Source: Synechococcales cyanobacterium
GTDB taxonomy: Bacteria > Cyanobacteriota > Cyanobacteriia > Leptolyngbyales > Leptolyngbyaceae
DNA length: 46,201 nt
NCBI GenBank assembly: GCA_043739065.1
Contig: JAYUEU010000192.1
Location: forward strand, 1 to 46,201
Reading direction: 5' to 3'
The translations under genes were made by a program, and so were the position numbers. Numbering within the stretch: the first letter of the stretch is position 1; every line of letters starts with the position of its first letter. The notes beneath the pieces are model-generated. The model was not told the origin of the DNA. It did not search any database and worked only from the letters and a program-made list of their open reading frames with translations. Below, in pieces: positions 17,625-27,759 of this stretch.

Positions 17625-20048
17625 CTAAAAGTTAAAATCATCCATTCCAAGGCCCGGTAGATTTGGGGGCACCACGGCCAAGGGAGACGAGACCTTATAG
17701 CCTTCTCGCTTTGTCGCGATCTCAATGGCGATCGCCTCAATCTGAATCTCCAAACTGCCTAAGGGTACGGTGAATGTAGTGGTCGCTTCCATTGAGCGAT
17801 ACTGAGCATCGGGCACAAAATCTACTAAATAGCGCGGACCATCCAGTAAAGTACGGGTTTGCCGATCGTTGATCCAAAGTTTTACATAGAGCTTCGGCTG
17901 AATCATCGGCAGCTTCACTTTCACCATCAACGACTGTCCCGCCACCACTTCATCTACCGCCTCAATTTCCAAACTCGGGGTAGGCACCAATTCATCTACC
18001 CCAATCAAAAGCGGATTGTCGCCTGTATCCAACGCCGCCGGACCGATGTTGAACACATCATCCATAATCACCACGGACTCGGCAGACGGGGAGGTTCCTC
18101 TGGTAGAAGCAAAGGGATTGATGGAAGGTGCATCTGTCGGCGGGATGGCATTGATGGACTCGGTTTTGGTCTCTTCCGCGAAGGCACTCATGCGGTCCAT
18201 GAACCGATCGCCCAAGTTTAAGGATTCAAAGCGATCGTCTGAGGGCGATCGATCGTTAATTTGTTGGGCATTAATGTCGATGGTGAGCAGATCGTCTGGA
18301 TCATCTAAGTCCAACGGTGCACTGGTATTAAAGGCAAATTCCGACTGACTTAAATCAAGATTTTGATCTAGATCGTTATCCAAAAATGCCGCCTCTAGTC
18401 CATCATCAAAACGATCGAACTCTTCATTACTAATCGTTTCGGACGACGCCAATGCTGGAACTGGAAGCAACAGATTTTCTTCTGGTGAAACTTCTGGCGA
18501 AATATCGAACGGAACAGTTGAGGTATTTTCGAGAATCGCATCTTCTAACTGAACATCTTCTGATTGAGTGGGATCATCAAACGAGAATTCATCCAGCATC
18601 ACATCCTCAATCGCAAAATCATCAAACAGGTCCTGGACATCAGCTTCAGGAGTGGGAGCAGTTAAGAATGTGGGCAAAGAAGGAGAAGGCCGATCGTCAC
18701 GATTTTGGTCGGGTTGGTAGAGTTTCGGGGGAAGTTGGGATTTCGGCTGAACTTGAAAAGATGTGGGGGCAGTGGCGGGTTGATTGACCAGACCCAAAAA
18801 TTGATCATCAAGCTCTGGGCCAGACGGTTCAGCAGGCGGATGGGGCAATTCGTCCACAACGGGCGATCGAGTCTGGGATTCAAGGTCTTGCATGGTCGCC
18901 AACAGATCACTCAATGGCGCAAACAAGGTAAACCGATCGATCGCTAACGTATCGCCTGTCCGATTGTCCATTAAACACACTTCGCCCATCAGCATGGAGG
19001 AACCAGGTAATTCAGCCGGAAGCAGCAAACCGAGTTGCATGTCAAAGGGCAACGTAATTAGGGTAAATGGGGTCGAGCGTTCCACCACTAAGTAACCCTG
19101 CTGCGGATCGCGGACTCGCACGACAAAGGTACATTCCGGTAATGATCCAGAACTATTGGCTTGAACGATACCTTCAACAACGATCGTCTGTTCGGCCTGA
19201 ATTTCGTAGCTATTCGGCTGAAGAGAGAGCGTAATGGTTTGGCGATCGATGGAGAGTTCTGGGACAATCGGTTCTGGGGCGATCGGTTCTGCAACAGCCA
19301 AAACAATTGGGGGCGAGGCAATGGGCGGTGGTTCTACGACTTCTACAGATTCCGACGGCAATTCTGGCTGAACAGTCGGCCATTCGGAGATCAAGCCATC
19401 CAAACTCGCGAAAAGATCGTCTTCGGCGGTGGTTAAGTCATGCTCTGATTCATCAGGCATTGCCAAACTCGTCACCAAATCCGCCTCTTGTTGCTCCAAA
19501 GGTGAAACCAAGGGCAGCATCTGCGACGGATGCACTGGATCTGCAACAGGACTCACCGCAGCGTTCGGCTCTGGGTTTGACTCTGGGTTCAGCTCTGATA
19601 TTGGCTGTGGCGTTGACCCTAATTTCACCTCTGGTTCGGGCTGAGACCAGTCGGGTTCCCATTCGCCCGCCACGTCAGATTCTTTGGTCAATACGTGCAA
19701 TTGAACTGAATAGTGTTGAGTGGCACCACGAGCTTCATCACGGCTGGCATCATGGGGCACTCCGATCGCCAGTTCCCAGACTCCCGGCTGCATTTGGGTA
19801 AATGGAATCACCAGCAACAGTCCCTTTGCACTGGTTTCACCCGATCGCACTTGAGTCCGTCGTTTAGGCGGCAACTCGTCCGTAGACTCATGGGTAATCC
19901 GAATGTCCATCACCGTATCAGGCATGGCAGTTTTGACCATGACCCGGTAACGTCCTTCCAAAATTTCGACATCCGGCGATTCCAATGGCAACCAGGATCG
20001 ATCGCCTTCCTGCTGCAATAGAAATTCCCAATTGTTTGGTCCAGCCAT
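17625..20048 (-). CDS. large acidic Pro/Asp/Glu-rich hypothetical protein
   Basis: 807-aa uninterrupted ORF. Beta-rich segments sit at the N-terminus, middle and C-terminus, separated by long acidic low-complexity stretches. I recognise no motif. Confidence 0.55.
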   Translation of the reverse strand: MAGPNNWEFLLQQEGDRSWLPLESPDVEILEGRYRVMVKTAMPDTVMDIRITHESTDELPPKRRTQVRSGETSAKGLLLVIPFTQMQPGVWELAIGVPHDASRDEARGATQHYSVQLHVLTKESDVAGEWEPDWSQPEPEVKLGSTPQPISELNPESNPEPNAAVSPVADPVHPSQMLPLVSPLEQQEADLVTSLAMPDESEHDLTTAEDDLFASLDGLISEWPTVQPELPSESVEVVEPPPIASPPIVLAVAEPIAPEPIVPELSIDRQTITLSLQPNSYEIQAEQTIVVEGIVQANSSGSLPECTFVVRVRDPQQGYLVVERSTPFTLITLPFDMQLGLLLPAELPGSSMLMGEVCLMDNRTGDTLAIDRFTLFAPLSDLLATMQDLESQTRSPVVDELPHPPAEPSGPELDDQFLGLVNQPATAPTSFQVQPKSQLPPKLYQPDQNRDDRPSPSLPTFLTAPTPEADVQDLFDDFAIEDVMLDEFSFDDPTQSEDVQLEDAILENTSTVPFDISPEVSPEENLLLPVPALASSETISNEEFDRFDDGLEAAFLDNDLDQNLDLSQSEFAFNTSAPLDLDDPDDLLTIDINAQQINDRSPSDDRFESLNLGDRFMDRMSAFAEETKTESINAIPPTDAPSINPFASTRGTSPSAESVVIMDDVFNIGPAALDTGDNPLLIGVDELVPTPSLEIEAVDEVVAGQSLMVKVKLPMIQPKLYVKLWINDRQTRTLLDGPRYLVDFVPDAQYRSMEATTTFTVPLGSLEIQIEAIAIEIATKREGYKVSSPLAVVPPNLPGLGMDDFNF

Positions 20049-20120
20049 GATGAATCTTCAGTCATAAGAATTTCGTTAGTCTAACTCAGCACAAGAAGAC
20101 GGCGACGAATCCTGACAATA

Positions 20121-20166
20121 AAAACACTAAAAACCCGATCGCGTAATTACTATACGATCGGGTTTT
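20121..20166 (-). terminator. rho-independent terminator of psaL
   Basis: 8-bp GC-rich stem CCCGATCG (20134-20141) / CGATCGGG (20155-20162), with a T-run on the minus strand (the plus-strand A-run at 20121-20133). Confidence 0.65.
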
Positions 20167-20202
20167 AGGATAAAACAAACACAGTTTTAAGCTAGAGAAA
20201 AC

Positions 20203-20673
20203 TTAGCTCAAACCGCCTTGCATCATGGTGTGAAGAATCGGTAGATTAGTCAAGATCAAGTAGGCAAAAAATGCACCACCCGTTGCTCCAATAAAGAAAC
20301 CACCGGAGAACTTGCTCCAGCCCTGAGCACTTTGAAGATCATGGCTTTTGCCCGATTCATCATTGTGAAAGGTCACCATGCCATAAGCCGAAAGACATAT
20401 GGTGGCGATCATAACTAGACCAATAGCGCCCACTAAGCCAGCCATAGCAGCCATGTTAGTGTGGCGCAAAGGGCCCAATAATGTCCAAGGGCCGACTAGG
20501 AAATATCCATGGGCCATGCCGACTTCCAAGCCACGCAGCAAAGGAGACAATCCTTTACGGTAAGCCGGGAGGTTGCCAATCAGCGCACGGGTAAACGCGG
20601 AATCGCTAACAGGTGTGGAAAGATGACCGACAAAAGGGTCGTTTTTGTAAGCAGTAACTAATGACATACGCAA
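20203..20673 (-). CDS. psaL: photosystem I reaction centre subunit XI PsaL
   Basis: NLPAYRKGLSPLLRGLEVGMAHGYFLVGPW is canonical PsaL. Confidence 0.92.
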   Translation of the reverse strand: MRMSLVTAYKNDPFVGHLSTPVSDSAFTRALIGNLPAYRKGLSPLLRGLEVGMAHGYFLVGPWTLLGPLRHTNMAAMAGLVGAIGLVMIATICLSAYGMVTFHNDESGKSHDLQSAQGWSKFSGGFFIGATGGAFFAYLILTNLPILHTMMQGGLS

Positions 20674-20784
20674 TAATTCCTAACAGATTCTGAAGAGAAA
20701 TCGTCTTCAATAATAAGCTGAGCAATCGAATGGTTTTCCAAAAGCAACCGATCGCTTCAAAAAAGTTCATGATATTAAGAAGGC

Positions 20785-21408
20785 TTGAGATCGCCCGTGA
20801 AAGAATTACAGCAAGGCATTTGTCTACGAAGCGCTCAAGATTATGACGATCGGGCCATTGCTTCACTAGTCAAACAGCTCGGACAGACCCTAAAGCCCAA
20901 TCGCAAAGGCTGGCAACGTCATACGATCGGATTTATCAGTGGATTGTGGATTGTGGCGATGCTGTCTCAAAAGGCATTAGCGTTGGCGTTGCTGGGATCT
21001 GTGATGCTCTTGGGAGTGTTTTGGGGATTAGTGTGGCTGATCAATTGGCTTAATCCTTTGATCACTTGGTCGGACTATTGGGTAATCGAGACCAACGGCA
21101 ACCTGATTGCTTGCGCGAAGCTCTATGAAGGCAACAGCACCTGCGAACTCTACGATGTGTTTGTAGTGCCTCAGTGGCGGGGAAATGGCTTTGGCGCGGT
21201 ACTGGTCAAAACATTGATTGAAAAAGCGCGTTACCCAATTTATTTGGCCTGTTTACCCAATGCGATCGGATTTTACGAAGAATTGGGATTCAGTTGCACC
21301 ACCGAACCCCTAGATGCTGAATTAATGCGTCGCCTCAGTCTGACCAACTCCCATTACAAAAAGCTGGGTCTCACGCCTATGGTTCGATCGGAAAACCCGT
21401 TCCCATAA
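20785..21408 (+). CDS. GNAT-family N-acetyltransferase with N-terminal TM segments
   Basis: LYDVFVVPQWRGNGFGAVLVKTLIE is GNAT motif A (Q/R-x-x-G-x-G/A). The start is uncertain (TTG 20785 or GTG 20797). Confidence 0.7.
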   Translation: MRSPVKELQQGICLRSAQDYDDRAIASLVKQLGQTLKPNRKGWQRHTIGFISGLWIVAMLSQKALALALLGSVMLLGVFWGLVWLINWLNPLITWSDYWVIETNGNLIACAKLYEGNSTCELYDVFVVPQWRGNGFGAVLVKTLIEKARYPIYLACLPNAIGFYEELGFSCTTEPLDAELMRRLSLTNSHYKKLGLTPMVRSENPFP

Positions 21409-21470
21409 GCGTGGGGGATCTTAATCCCAGAAAAACGAAGCGACGTGCCAACAGAATTATTTATTCATCA

Positions 21471-22763
21471 TCAGCTAACATCACTGAGCCGATCGCGCCA
21501 CCCCTCAAACTGACTCGCCAATTCGGCCTGATCCAACTCCGCCTGATCACCAGAAGCCAACCATTTGAGCTGCACCGTCTCCTTCTCTGCCTCAGCATCA
21601 CCCAAAATCAAACAAGCTTTTGCAGACGATCGATCGGCCCGTTTGAACTGCTTCCCAAAGGCACTGCCACTCAGATCCAATTCCGCCTTAAAGCCAGCCT
21701 GTCGTAACTGCTGCACAAGTCGCAACGCCTGATCTTCCGCCGCCGCACCGCGAGACACCACGTAAAAATCAACCGTCGAAGCCGTCGCTAAATTTCCAAG
21801 TTTTTGCAACAGAATCACCAGCCGCTCAAGCCCCATGGCCCAACCGATCGCCGCCGTTTCTGGCCCGCCTAACTCTGTCACTAAACCGTCATAGCGTCCG
21901 CCCGCACAAACCGTCGCCTGTGCCCCCAAATCTGCCGACTGAATCTCAAACACTGTGTGGCTGTAGTAGTCCAGGCCGCGCACTAGTTTAGAATTAATTT
22001 GGCAAGGAATACTCAAATCTGCGAGAAGCTGCTGGACCCGATCGAAGCGAGATTTCGATCCCTCACTCAAATGATCCAGAATACTGGGCGCGTCATGGAG
22101 AATTTTTTGCGTATCTTTATTTTTGGAATCCAGAATGCGCAACGGATTTCGGGTCAGTCGATCTTGAGAATCGGGATCTAGATCTGCCTTATAGGGAGTT
22201 AAATACGCAATCAATGCCTCGCGGAAGTTAGCCCGATCGTCTTTATCGCCAATTGAATTGAGATCAAACGTCAAATCTTTGAGTCCGATGGTTTTCAAAA
22301 TATCCGTCGCAATCGCGATCGCTTCCACATCAGCTCTTGGATCGCCGCTCCCCAGCATTTCCAATCCCAACTGATGGAACTGCCGCTGACGACCCGCTTG
22401 AGGCCGTTCATAGCGAAACATCGGCCCTACGTACCACAGACGCTGCACATCACCCTGAGCATACAAACTGTTTTCAATAAACGATCGCACCACACCCGCC
22501 GTACCTTCTGGCCGCAACGTCAGGCCCCGATCTCCCCGATCGTTAAAGGAATACATCTCCTTACTGACCACGTCCGTCGCTTCACCAATCCCGCGTAAAA
22601 ACAACTCCGTCTGCTCAAAAATCGGAGTCCGAATCTCACTTGCTCCCGCACGGCCTAAAATATCGCGCGCCGCTGCCTCAATGAACTGCCAATAGCTCAC
22701 CTCAGTCAGCAAAATATCTCGCGTACCCCGACTCACCTGAATTCCAGCCATCTCTAAATCCAC
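21471..22763 (-). CDS. hisS: histidine--tRNA ligase
   Basis: 430-aa ORF with GTRD...EIRTPIFEQTELF, YVGPMFRYERPQAGRQRQFHQ and GGGRYDGL, the class II HisRS motifs. Confidence 0.95.
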   Translation of the reverse strand: MDLEMAGIQVSRGTRDILLTEVSYWQFIEAAARDILGRAGASEIRTPIFEQTELFLRGIGEATDVVSKEMYSFNDRGDRGLTLRPEGTAGVVRSFIENSLYAQGDVQRLWYVGPMFRYERPQAGRQRQFHQLGLEMLGSGDPRADVEAIAIATDILKTIGLKDLTFDLNSIGDKDDRANFREALIAYLTPYKADLDPDSQDRLTRNPLRILDSKNKDTQKILHDAPSILDHLSEGSKSRFDRVQQLLADLSIPCQINSKLVRGLDYYSHTVFEIQSADLGAQATVCAGGRYDGLVTELGGPETAAIGWAMGLERLVILLQKLGNLATASTVDFYVVSRGAAAEDQALRLVQQLRQAGFKAELDLSGSAFGKQFKRADRSSAKACLILGDAEAEKETVQLKWLASGDQAELDQAELASQFEGWRDRLSDVS

Positions 22764-22889
22764 TCACTCCCGTCATAGCGATCGTCATCGTACATCACGA
22801 ATCCCAACCTTAATCACCTAGCTTGACTCACTATAGGCCTGACTGGCTGACTAAAAGTTAATAAAGAGCTAATAAAAAATAGATAAAAG

Positions 22890-23156
22890 CTAATCTGCTG
22901 ACGGATAGGGCAAAACACAACAATTCACCCCTTCTAGACAAACCTTGCCCCATTGCAATGCCCATCGAAGTAACGCGACCCGATTATCGGTCTCCGTTTT
23001 AGTCAGAATATTGCTAATGTGGTTATCTACAGTCCGTTTACTGATATCAAGCTTTTCAGCAATATCTTGATTGGTTAAACCGGAAGCGACGAGTTCAAGA
23101 ACCTGTAGCTCACGATCGGAAAGCGAAGATTGAACTTGAAAATCCTTGTCCGCCAT
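22890..23156 (-). CDS. stand-alone LuxR/GerE-type HTH transcriptional regulator
   Basis: LSDRELQVLELVASGLTNQDIAEKLDISKRTVDNHISNILTK. The gene is divergent from the PP2C gene. Confidence 0.85.
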   Translation of the reverse strand: MADKDFQVQSSLSDRELQVLELVASGLTNQDIAEKLDISKRTVDNHISNILTKTETDNRVALLRWALQWGKVCLEGVNCCVLPYPSAD

Positions 23157-23319
23157 GTACGTCCGAACCCAATGCGTAATTATACTTATGATGTAATTCT
23201 ACTCTTAGGAGTCAAATCTTCACTAATCTCTTCTGTGAAAGAGTCTAAGGAAGATAAAAATTCTGTATTCCTAAGAGAAGAATAAAATATATAGAACTGT
23301 CCCGCGTATCCCTACTTCT

Positions 23320-25704
23320 ATGGAAGATATCAAGCTACATTGTCCTAACCCATTTTGCAAACAGCCTAACGATCGAACGGCTGATTTTTGTTATAGCTGT
23401 CACACCTTTTTACCAAAACGCTATTTGTGGGTAGTGGGAAACGATCGTTCTCGACTTGTTCCTGGGATGGTTTTAGGAAATCGCTATGCAGTTTTAGAAG
23501 AAAATACTCTACTAGATTGTTATCCAGAAAATCCACCGGAAATGCCTGCTGAGATTTTTCTATCCCTGGAAGCCTATTTAAAGCTTAGTCATGCCGTTCC
23601 CCATGCACCCAAGGTCTATTGCATTTTAGAGATTGATGGAAAAGATTGCATTGTTTTAGAAGAGACGGCGATTTATTCCTATGTTATTTCAGTAATTCCA
23701 GAGGACGAGACAACGATCGCACCCAAAGCCGGAACATTAATGCCCATATTGCAAGAATGCTGGGGTTCTGCGAGCAATTTTCGTCTCTTAAATTGGATTT
23801 ATCAGATTGCTACGATTTGGGATAGATTCAAGACTCTTGGCGCTTCACAGACTTTATTTGACCCATATTGTATTCGGGTTGATGGCGGATTAATTAAGAT
23901 ATTAGAGCTTCGTTTTGATTCAAAAGAGACTGTCGATAACACTCTTCCAGTTCTTCTCCAACATTTAATTCATTACAGCGATCGATCGAATCTAAAACCA
24001 GATCTAACGATAATGCGCCGTTTAAGAGAAATATATGAGCGATTGATCCACGAGGCCGAGGAAGATCAAAGTTATCTATTATGCGAATGGCTGGATCAAG
24101 AGATGATCCACCATAGTTCTGGATCACTCGATATTGAAATTGTTACTCAAACGGATCAAGGCCCAAATCGAAAACGTAATGAAGATGCTTGCTATCCTAC
24201 TTCTACCCAAAAAGTAACTATTTCCCGATCGAAATCAACTGATCTAGAAAAACCATTGTTAATTGTATGTGATGGAATTGGTGGTCATGAAGGCGGTAAT
24301 ATTGCATCTAATTTAGCGATCGAAACTTTGACAACTGTATTAGATGCTCGAATTCCTAAAGCGATCGGATATGAAAAAAAGGTTGATACAACTCAAGTTG
24401 TACGAGAAGGAATTCAAATTAGTAACGATGCAATTTCCGATCGTAATGATCAAGAAGGTCGTAGCGATCGACAACGTATGGGAACAACTGTTGTTTTAGC
24501 TAGAGTTGAAGGTCAACGATTACAACTTGCTCATGTTGGAGATAGCCGAGCCTATCGAATTACAGCCCGAGCTTGTTACCAACTTACCGTTGATGATGAC
24601 ATTGCTTCTCGGGAAGTAAGATTAGGCTATACGTTATATCGTGATGCGCTTCAGCGTAGTGGGACGGGTGCATTGACACAGGCATTAGGAATGGTGTCAT
24701 CTTCTCTTCTACATCCAAGAATTCAAACCTCGTTTGTCGATGAAGACTGTATTTATTTACTTTGTTCTGATGGACTGAGTGATTACGATCGGATTGAACA
24801 ATGTTGGGCGCAGGAATTGATTCCGGTATTACAGGGTCGAATTCAACTTGCGGATGCTTGTCAAAGTCTAATTGAAATTGCCAATGCTCATAATGGTCAT
24901 GATAATGTGACGGTTGGATTATTATATTGTCGCGTTCCAGACGAAACCGTACTGTCTAATGGTTCTCCAACTCGATCAACATTACTCCCAATTTGGGGTT
25001 CAAAGTCAAGTGCTAAGTCTAAGCGTAAAGACGATCGTGATTTGAGCCAAGTCCCTCCAACAACAACATCTTCAACTCAATTGGTCGAACCGCATAGAAG
25101 AGGGAAACGATCGCAGGGAACTCAGAAATCCAATGGTTCCCAGGGGCGATGGATTTTTCTGTTTTCCGTTTTGGCCGCCATTGGTGTTGTTACTGGAATT
25201 TTAGTTTTACTATTCAAGCCCGATCGTCAAGTAGAATTGCCAACTCCTGTTGCTATTGCATCGCCGTTCCCAAATGGATTAAAAGTGAATCAGCTTATTA
25301 AAGTTGTACCAGTATTGAATCCAATGTCAACTCCAAGTCCAACGTCTAGTTCAGTTCCAAATTTATCCGCTGTGGGCCAGCCTAGTTCAGAAATTCCAGC
25401 CAATTTAATCCTGGTTCCTAAACCGCCGTCACTTCTCGGGACACCTGTTGAAACCTTTGAAGTGAATGTTGGCGAAGTGGCTCCGGGAGCGGTGATGCGG
25501 GTGGTCGATCGGCAAGTGCGAGGAACAAAGCCTTGGATTAAGCTCCAAATTTGTAGTGTGGCAACGATCGGCGAAACTAAGCAGCTGAAACCTGGTGTTG
25601 AGGGGTGGTATGCCGAGCCAATGTTGTTATCGCAGGTTGTTGCTGTGACATCAGAATTGCCCCCTACTGCGCTTTCTGCTTGCCCTATGTTGAAGTCTAA
25701 GTAA
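23320..25704 (+). CDS. PP2C-family Ser/Thr phosphatase with N-terminal zinc ribbon, an uncharacterised ~240-aa domain, a TM segment and a C-terminal extracytoplasmic beta domain
   Basis: CPNPFCKQPN...CYSCH forms the zinc ribbon. PP2C motifs are RKRNEDAC, VCDGIGGHEGG, MGTTVV, HVGDSRAY, LCSDGLSD and GHDNVTV. The TM segment is WIFLFSVLAAIGVVTGILVLLF. Confidence 0.85.
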   Translation: MEDIKLHCPNPFCKQPNDRTADFCYSCHTFLPKRYLWVVGNDRSRLVPGMVLGNRYAVLEENTLLDCYPENPPEMPAEIFLSLEAYLKLSHAVPHAPKVYCILEIDGKDCIVLEETAIYSYVISVIPEDETTIAPKAGTLMPILQECWGSASNFRLLNWIYQIATIWDRFKTLGASQTLFDPYCIRVDGGLIKILELRFDSKETVDNTLPVLLQHLIHYSDRSNLKPDLTIMRRLREIYERLIHEAEEDQSYLLCEWLDQEMIHHSSGSLDIEIVTQTDQGPNRKRNEDACYPTSTQKVTISRSKSTDLEKPLLIVCDGIGGHEGGNIASNLAIETLTTVLDARIPKAIGYEKKVDTTQVVREGIQISNDAISDRNDQEGRSDRQRMGTTVVLARVEGQRLQLAHVGDSRAYRITARACYQLTVDDDIASREVRLGYTLYRDALQRSGTGALTQALGMVSSSLLHPRIQTSFVDEDCIYLLCSDGLSDYDRIEQCWAQELIPVLQGRIQLADACQSLIEIANAHNGHDNVTVGLLYCRVPDETVLSNGSPTRSTLLPIWGSKSSAKSKRKDDRDLSQVPPTTTSSTQLVEPHRRGKRSQGTQKSNGSQGRWIFLFSVLAAIGVVTGILVLLFKPDRQVELPTPVAIASPFPNGLKVNQLIKVVPVLNPMSTPSPTSSSVPNLSAVGQPSSEIPANLILVPKPPSLLGTPVETFEVNVGEVAPGAVMRVVDRQVRGTKPWIKLQICSVATIGETKQLKPGVEGWYAEPMLLSQVVAVTSELPPTALSACPMLKSK

Positions 25705-25815
25705 GATTTGGATTGATCGTGTAAGACACTGACGTTTAGAAATACTCACATTTAACAATACTCACATTTAGAAATACTATGGAGATCTGTATGCACTTGC
25801 CCGATGTGAGTTTCC

Positions 25816-27447
25816 ATGACCATTCCTTCTCTGAATCTTGCGATCGATCGTCTCCGTGCCACGGGAGTTTGTCATTTTGCGGTACATGTAATTAATGCGC
25901 CTTATCGGGCTGGGTATTTGCTGCAAGATGTTCTGTGGGAAGAAGCGATGGCCCAGGTTTGGGGCGCTTGGCAAGAAATGTTTGCGATGCGATCGGTGCC
26001 CATGGTGCCCTATTTGTCTGGAGTTGTAGTTCACGATCGAGCCGCGATAACCGATAGTCCTGGAAGTGCATTGCCCTATAGTGTTCGATTGATGCAAACC
26101 TTAGGAATTCATCTTTGGCAATGGTTGTTCAGTGGTTCAATTCAAACTGCATTAAATCAAAGTCAAGGGATTGCAATGGGTCGAAATCAGCCGTTGCGAG
26201 TGCGGTTGGATGTGCGGGATCCAGATTTAATTGGAATTCCCTGGGAGATTATGCAAGCTCAAGCCGGAGTGCCTGCGATCTCATTAGGACAACAGGTGTT
26301 GTTTAGTCGAACTATTAGCGATGTTGGTGCATTGCGACCGATGCGATCGGACCAGATGGTGAATGTGTTGGTGGTATTGGGGCAAGATGCAACGATCGCG
26401 AATGGACCCATGACTACTTCACCCCCAAAAACTAGCTCCGAAACTAGTTCCGAAACGAAGACAGTCCGTCTACGCCTTGAACAAGAAGCTGTAGCCCTAC
26501 GTCGGGTGCTAGAAAATGTCAGCCACTTTGCCACAACAGCCGGATGCTTTGTCGATACTTTAGTCCAGCCCACACCCGCCGAGCTGTTGCAGAAGTTGAA
26601 TTCTGGTCGATATAATGTGCTGTTTTATGCGGGGCACGGGGTTCCAGCTCCCGATGGTGGGATGTTGTTTTTGAGTCCGACAGGGACTATGAATGGTACT
26701 GAATTGGCTCAGGTGTTGACGCGGGTGGGGGTGAAATTGGCGGTGTTTAATGCCTGTTGGGGCGCGCTGCCAGATCAACGATCGGGGCAAACGATTCCTC
26801 GGAGCAGTTTGGCAGAAGTGCTGTTGCATCATGGGGTTCCGGCAGTGTTGGCCATGCGGGATTCTATTACTGATGATGAAGCATTAGCCTTTATTCAGAC
26901 GTTTGCTCAAGCGTTGGCGGAACGGTTGTCGATTGATCATGCGGTGGCGATCGCTCGTCAAAATCTATTGACCTTATTCAAATTCAATCAACAAGCTTGG
27001 ACGCTTCCAGTGTTGTATATGCACCCCGAGTTTGATGGAGAATTGGTGAAACCCTTAGCCGAGGGCTTAACTCAAATTCCTATGAACCCCACGCAGTTTG
27101 CTAAACGGGTTGCTGTGGCAGGATTGCGATCGATCGATAAAACTCAGACCTGGATTTTGCGAGGCGGCTTAATGAGTGTGGGAATAAGCGATGAGAATGA
27201 TGTGGTGCTAGACGATCCTGGAGTGTCTCGTCGCCATGCCGAGATATTTTGCCGTGATGGATTCACCAATTCTAATGCGCCGACCTATTTTCTTAAAGAT
27301 TTATCCCGGTATGGGACTTGGGTGCTAGATGCTACGGGTTGGCAAAAAATAAATCACCAGGAAGTACAACTTTTTCCAGGAATGCAGGTGAAGTTTGGGG
27401 GGTCGCAGAATATGGCGATGGAGTTTGTGGTGGATGAAGAAAATTAG
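25816..27447 (+). CDS. CHAT-domain (caspase-like) protein with C-terminal FHA domain
   Basis: YNVLFYAGHG and LAVFNACWGA give the His/Cys dyad of the CHAT/caspase fold. The C-terminal VGISDENDVVLDDPGVSRRHAEI...LKDLSRYGTWV is a canonical FHA domain. Confidence 0.8.
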   Translation: MTIPSLNLAIDRLRATGVCHFAVHVINAPYRAGYLLQDVLWEEAMAQVWGAWQEMFAMRSVPMVPYLSGVVVHDRAAITDSPGSALPYSVRLMQTLGIHLWQWLFSGSIQTALNQSQGIAMGRNQPLRVRLDVRDPDLIGIPWEIMQAQAGVPAISLGQQVLFSRTISDVGALRPMRSDQMVNVLVVLGQDATIANGPMTTSPPKTSSETSSETKTVRLRLEQEAVALRRVLENVSHFATTAGCFVDTLVQPTPAELLQKLNSGRYNVLFYAGHGVPAPDGGMLFLSPTGTMNGTELAQVLTRVGVKLAVFNACWGALPDQRSGQTIPRSSLAEVLLHHGVPAVLAMRDSITDDEALAFIQTFAQALAERLSIDHAVAIARQNLLTLFKFNQQAWTLPVLYMHPEFDGELVKPLAEGLTQIPMNPTQFAKRVAVAGLRSIDKTQTWILRGGLMSVGISDENDVVLDDPGVSRRHAEIFCRDGFTNSNAPTYFLKDLSRYGTWVLDATGWQKINHQEVQLFPGMQVKFGGSQNMAMEFVVDEEN

Positions 27448-27759
27448 AGCAAATTGGATCAGAAATGCATTCAGCACGCTGTTTTGAGCTTAAAACCAAG
27501 TCTTGAATCTATAACTTCTTGACTATAAAAATTACGAAACATCATGAAAGTTGTCGAATTGATTGCAATTAGTTAAGTTCTAATTCATAGTTCAGTAAAA
27601 ATTTGTAAACGAGTAGAAATTATAATGAAGCAACCTACTCGAAATCTACCCGATTTATGGATCCAGGTAAGTTGATGTTTTCTGGTTGATTTTTTTTGTT
27701 GTCTCGGTTTGATGGGTCGATCGAAATTTAGCTCTATTTTTTACTAAAGGGACTTTGCT

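Noticed and set aside
20606-20866. 86-aa minus-strand ORF upstream of and overlapping psaL. I also searched both flanks of psaL for psaI.
   Set aside because: The ORF overlaps the psaL start and the GNAT gene start and has no recognisable features. No ~38-aa hydrophobic PsaI-like ORF is visible in 20049-20202 or 20674-20790.
21411-21707. 98-aa plus-strand ORF overlapping the 3-prime end of hisS.
   Set aside because: It is antisense to a clearly conserved hisS C-terminal (anticodon-binding) region, has no motif and starts with GTG. I judge it spurious.
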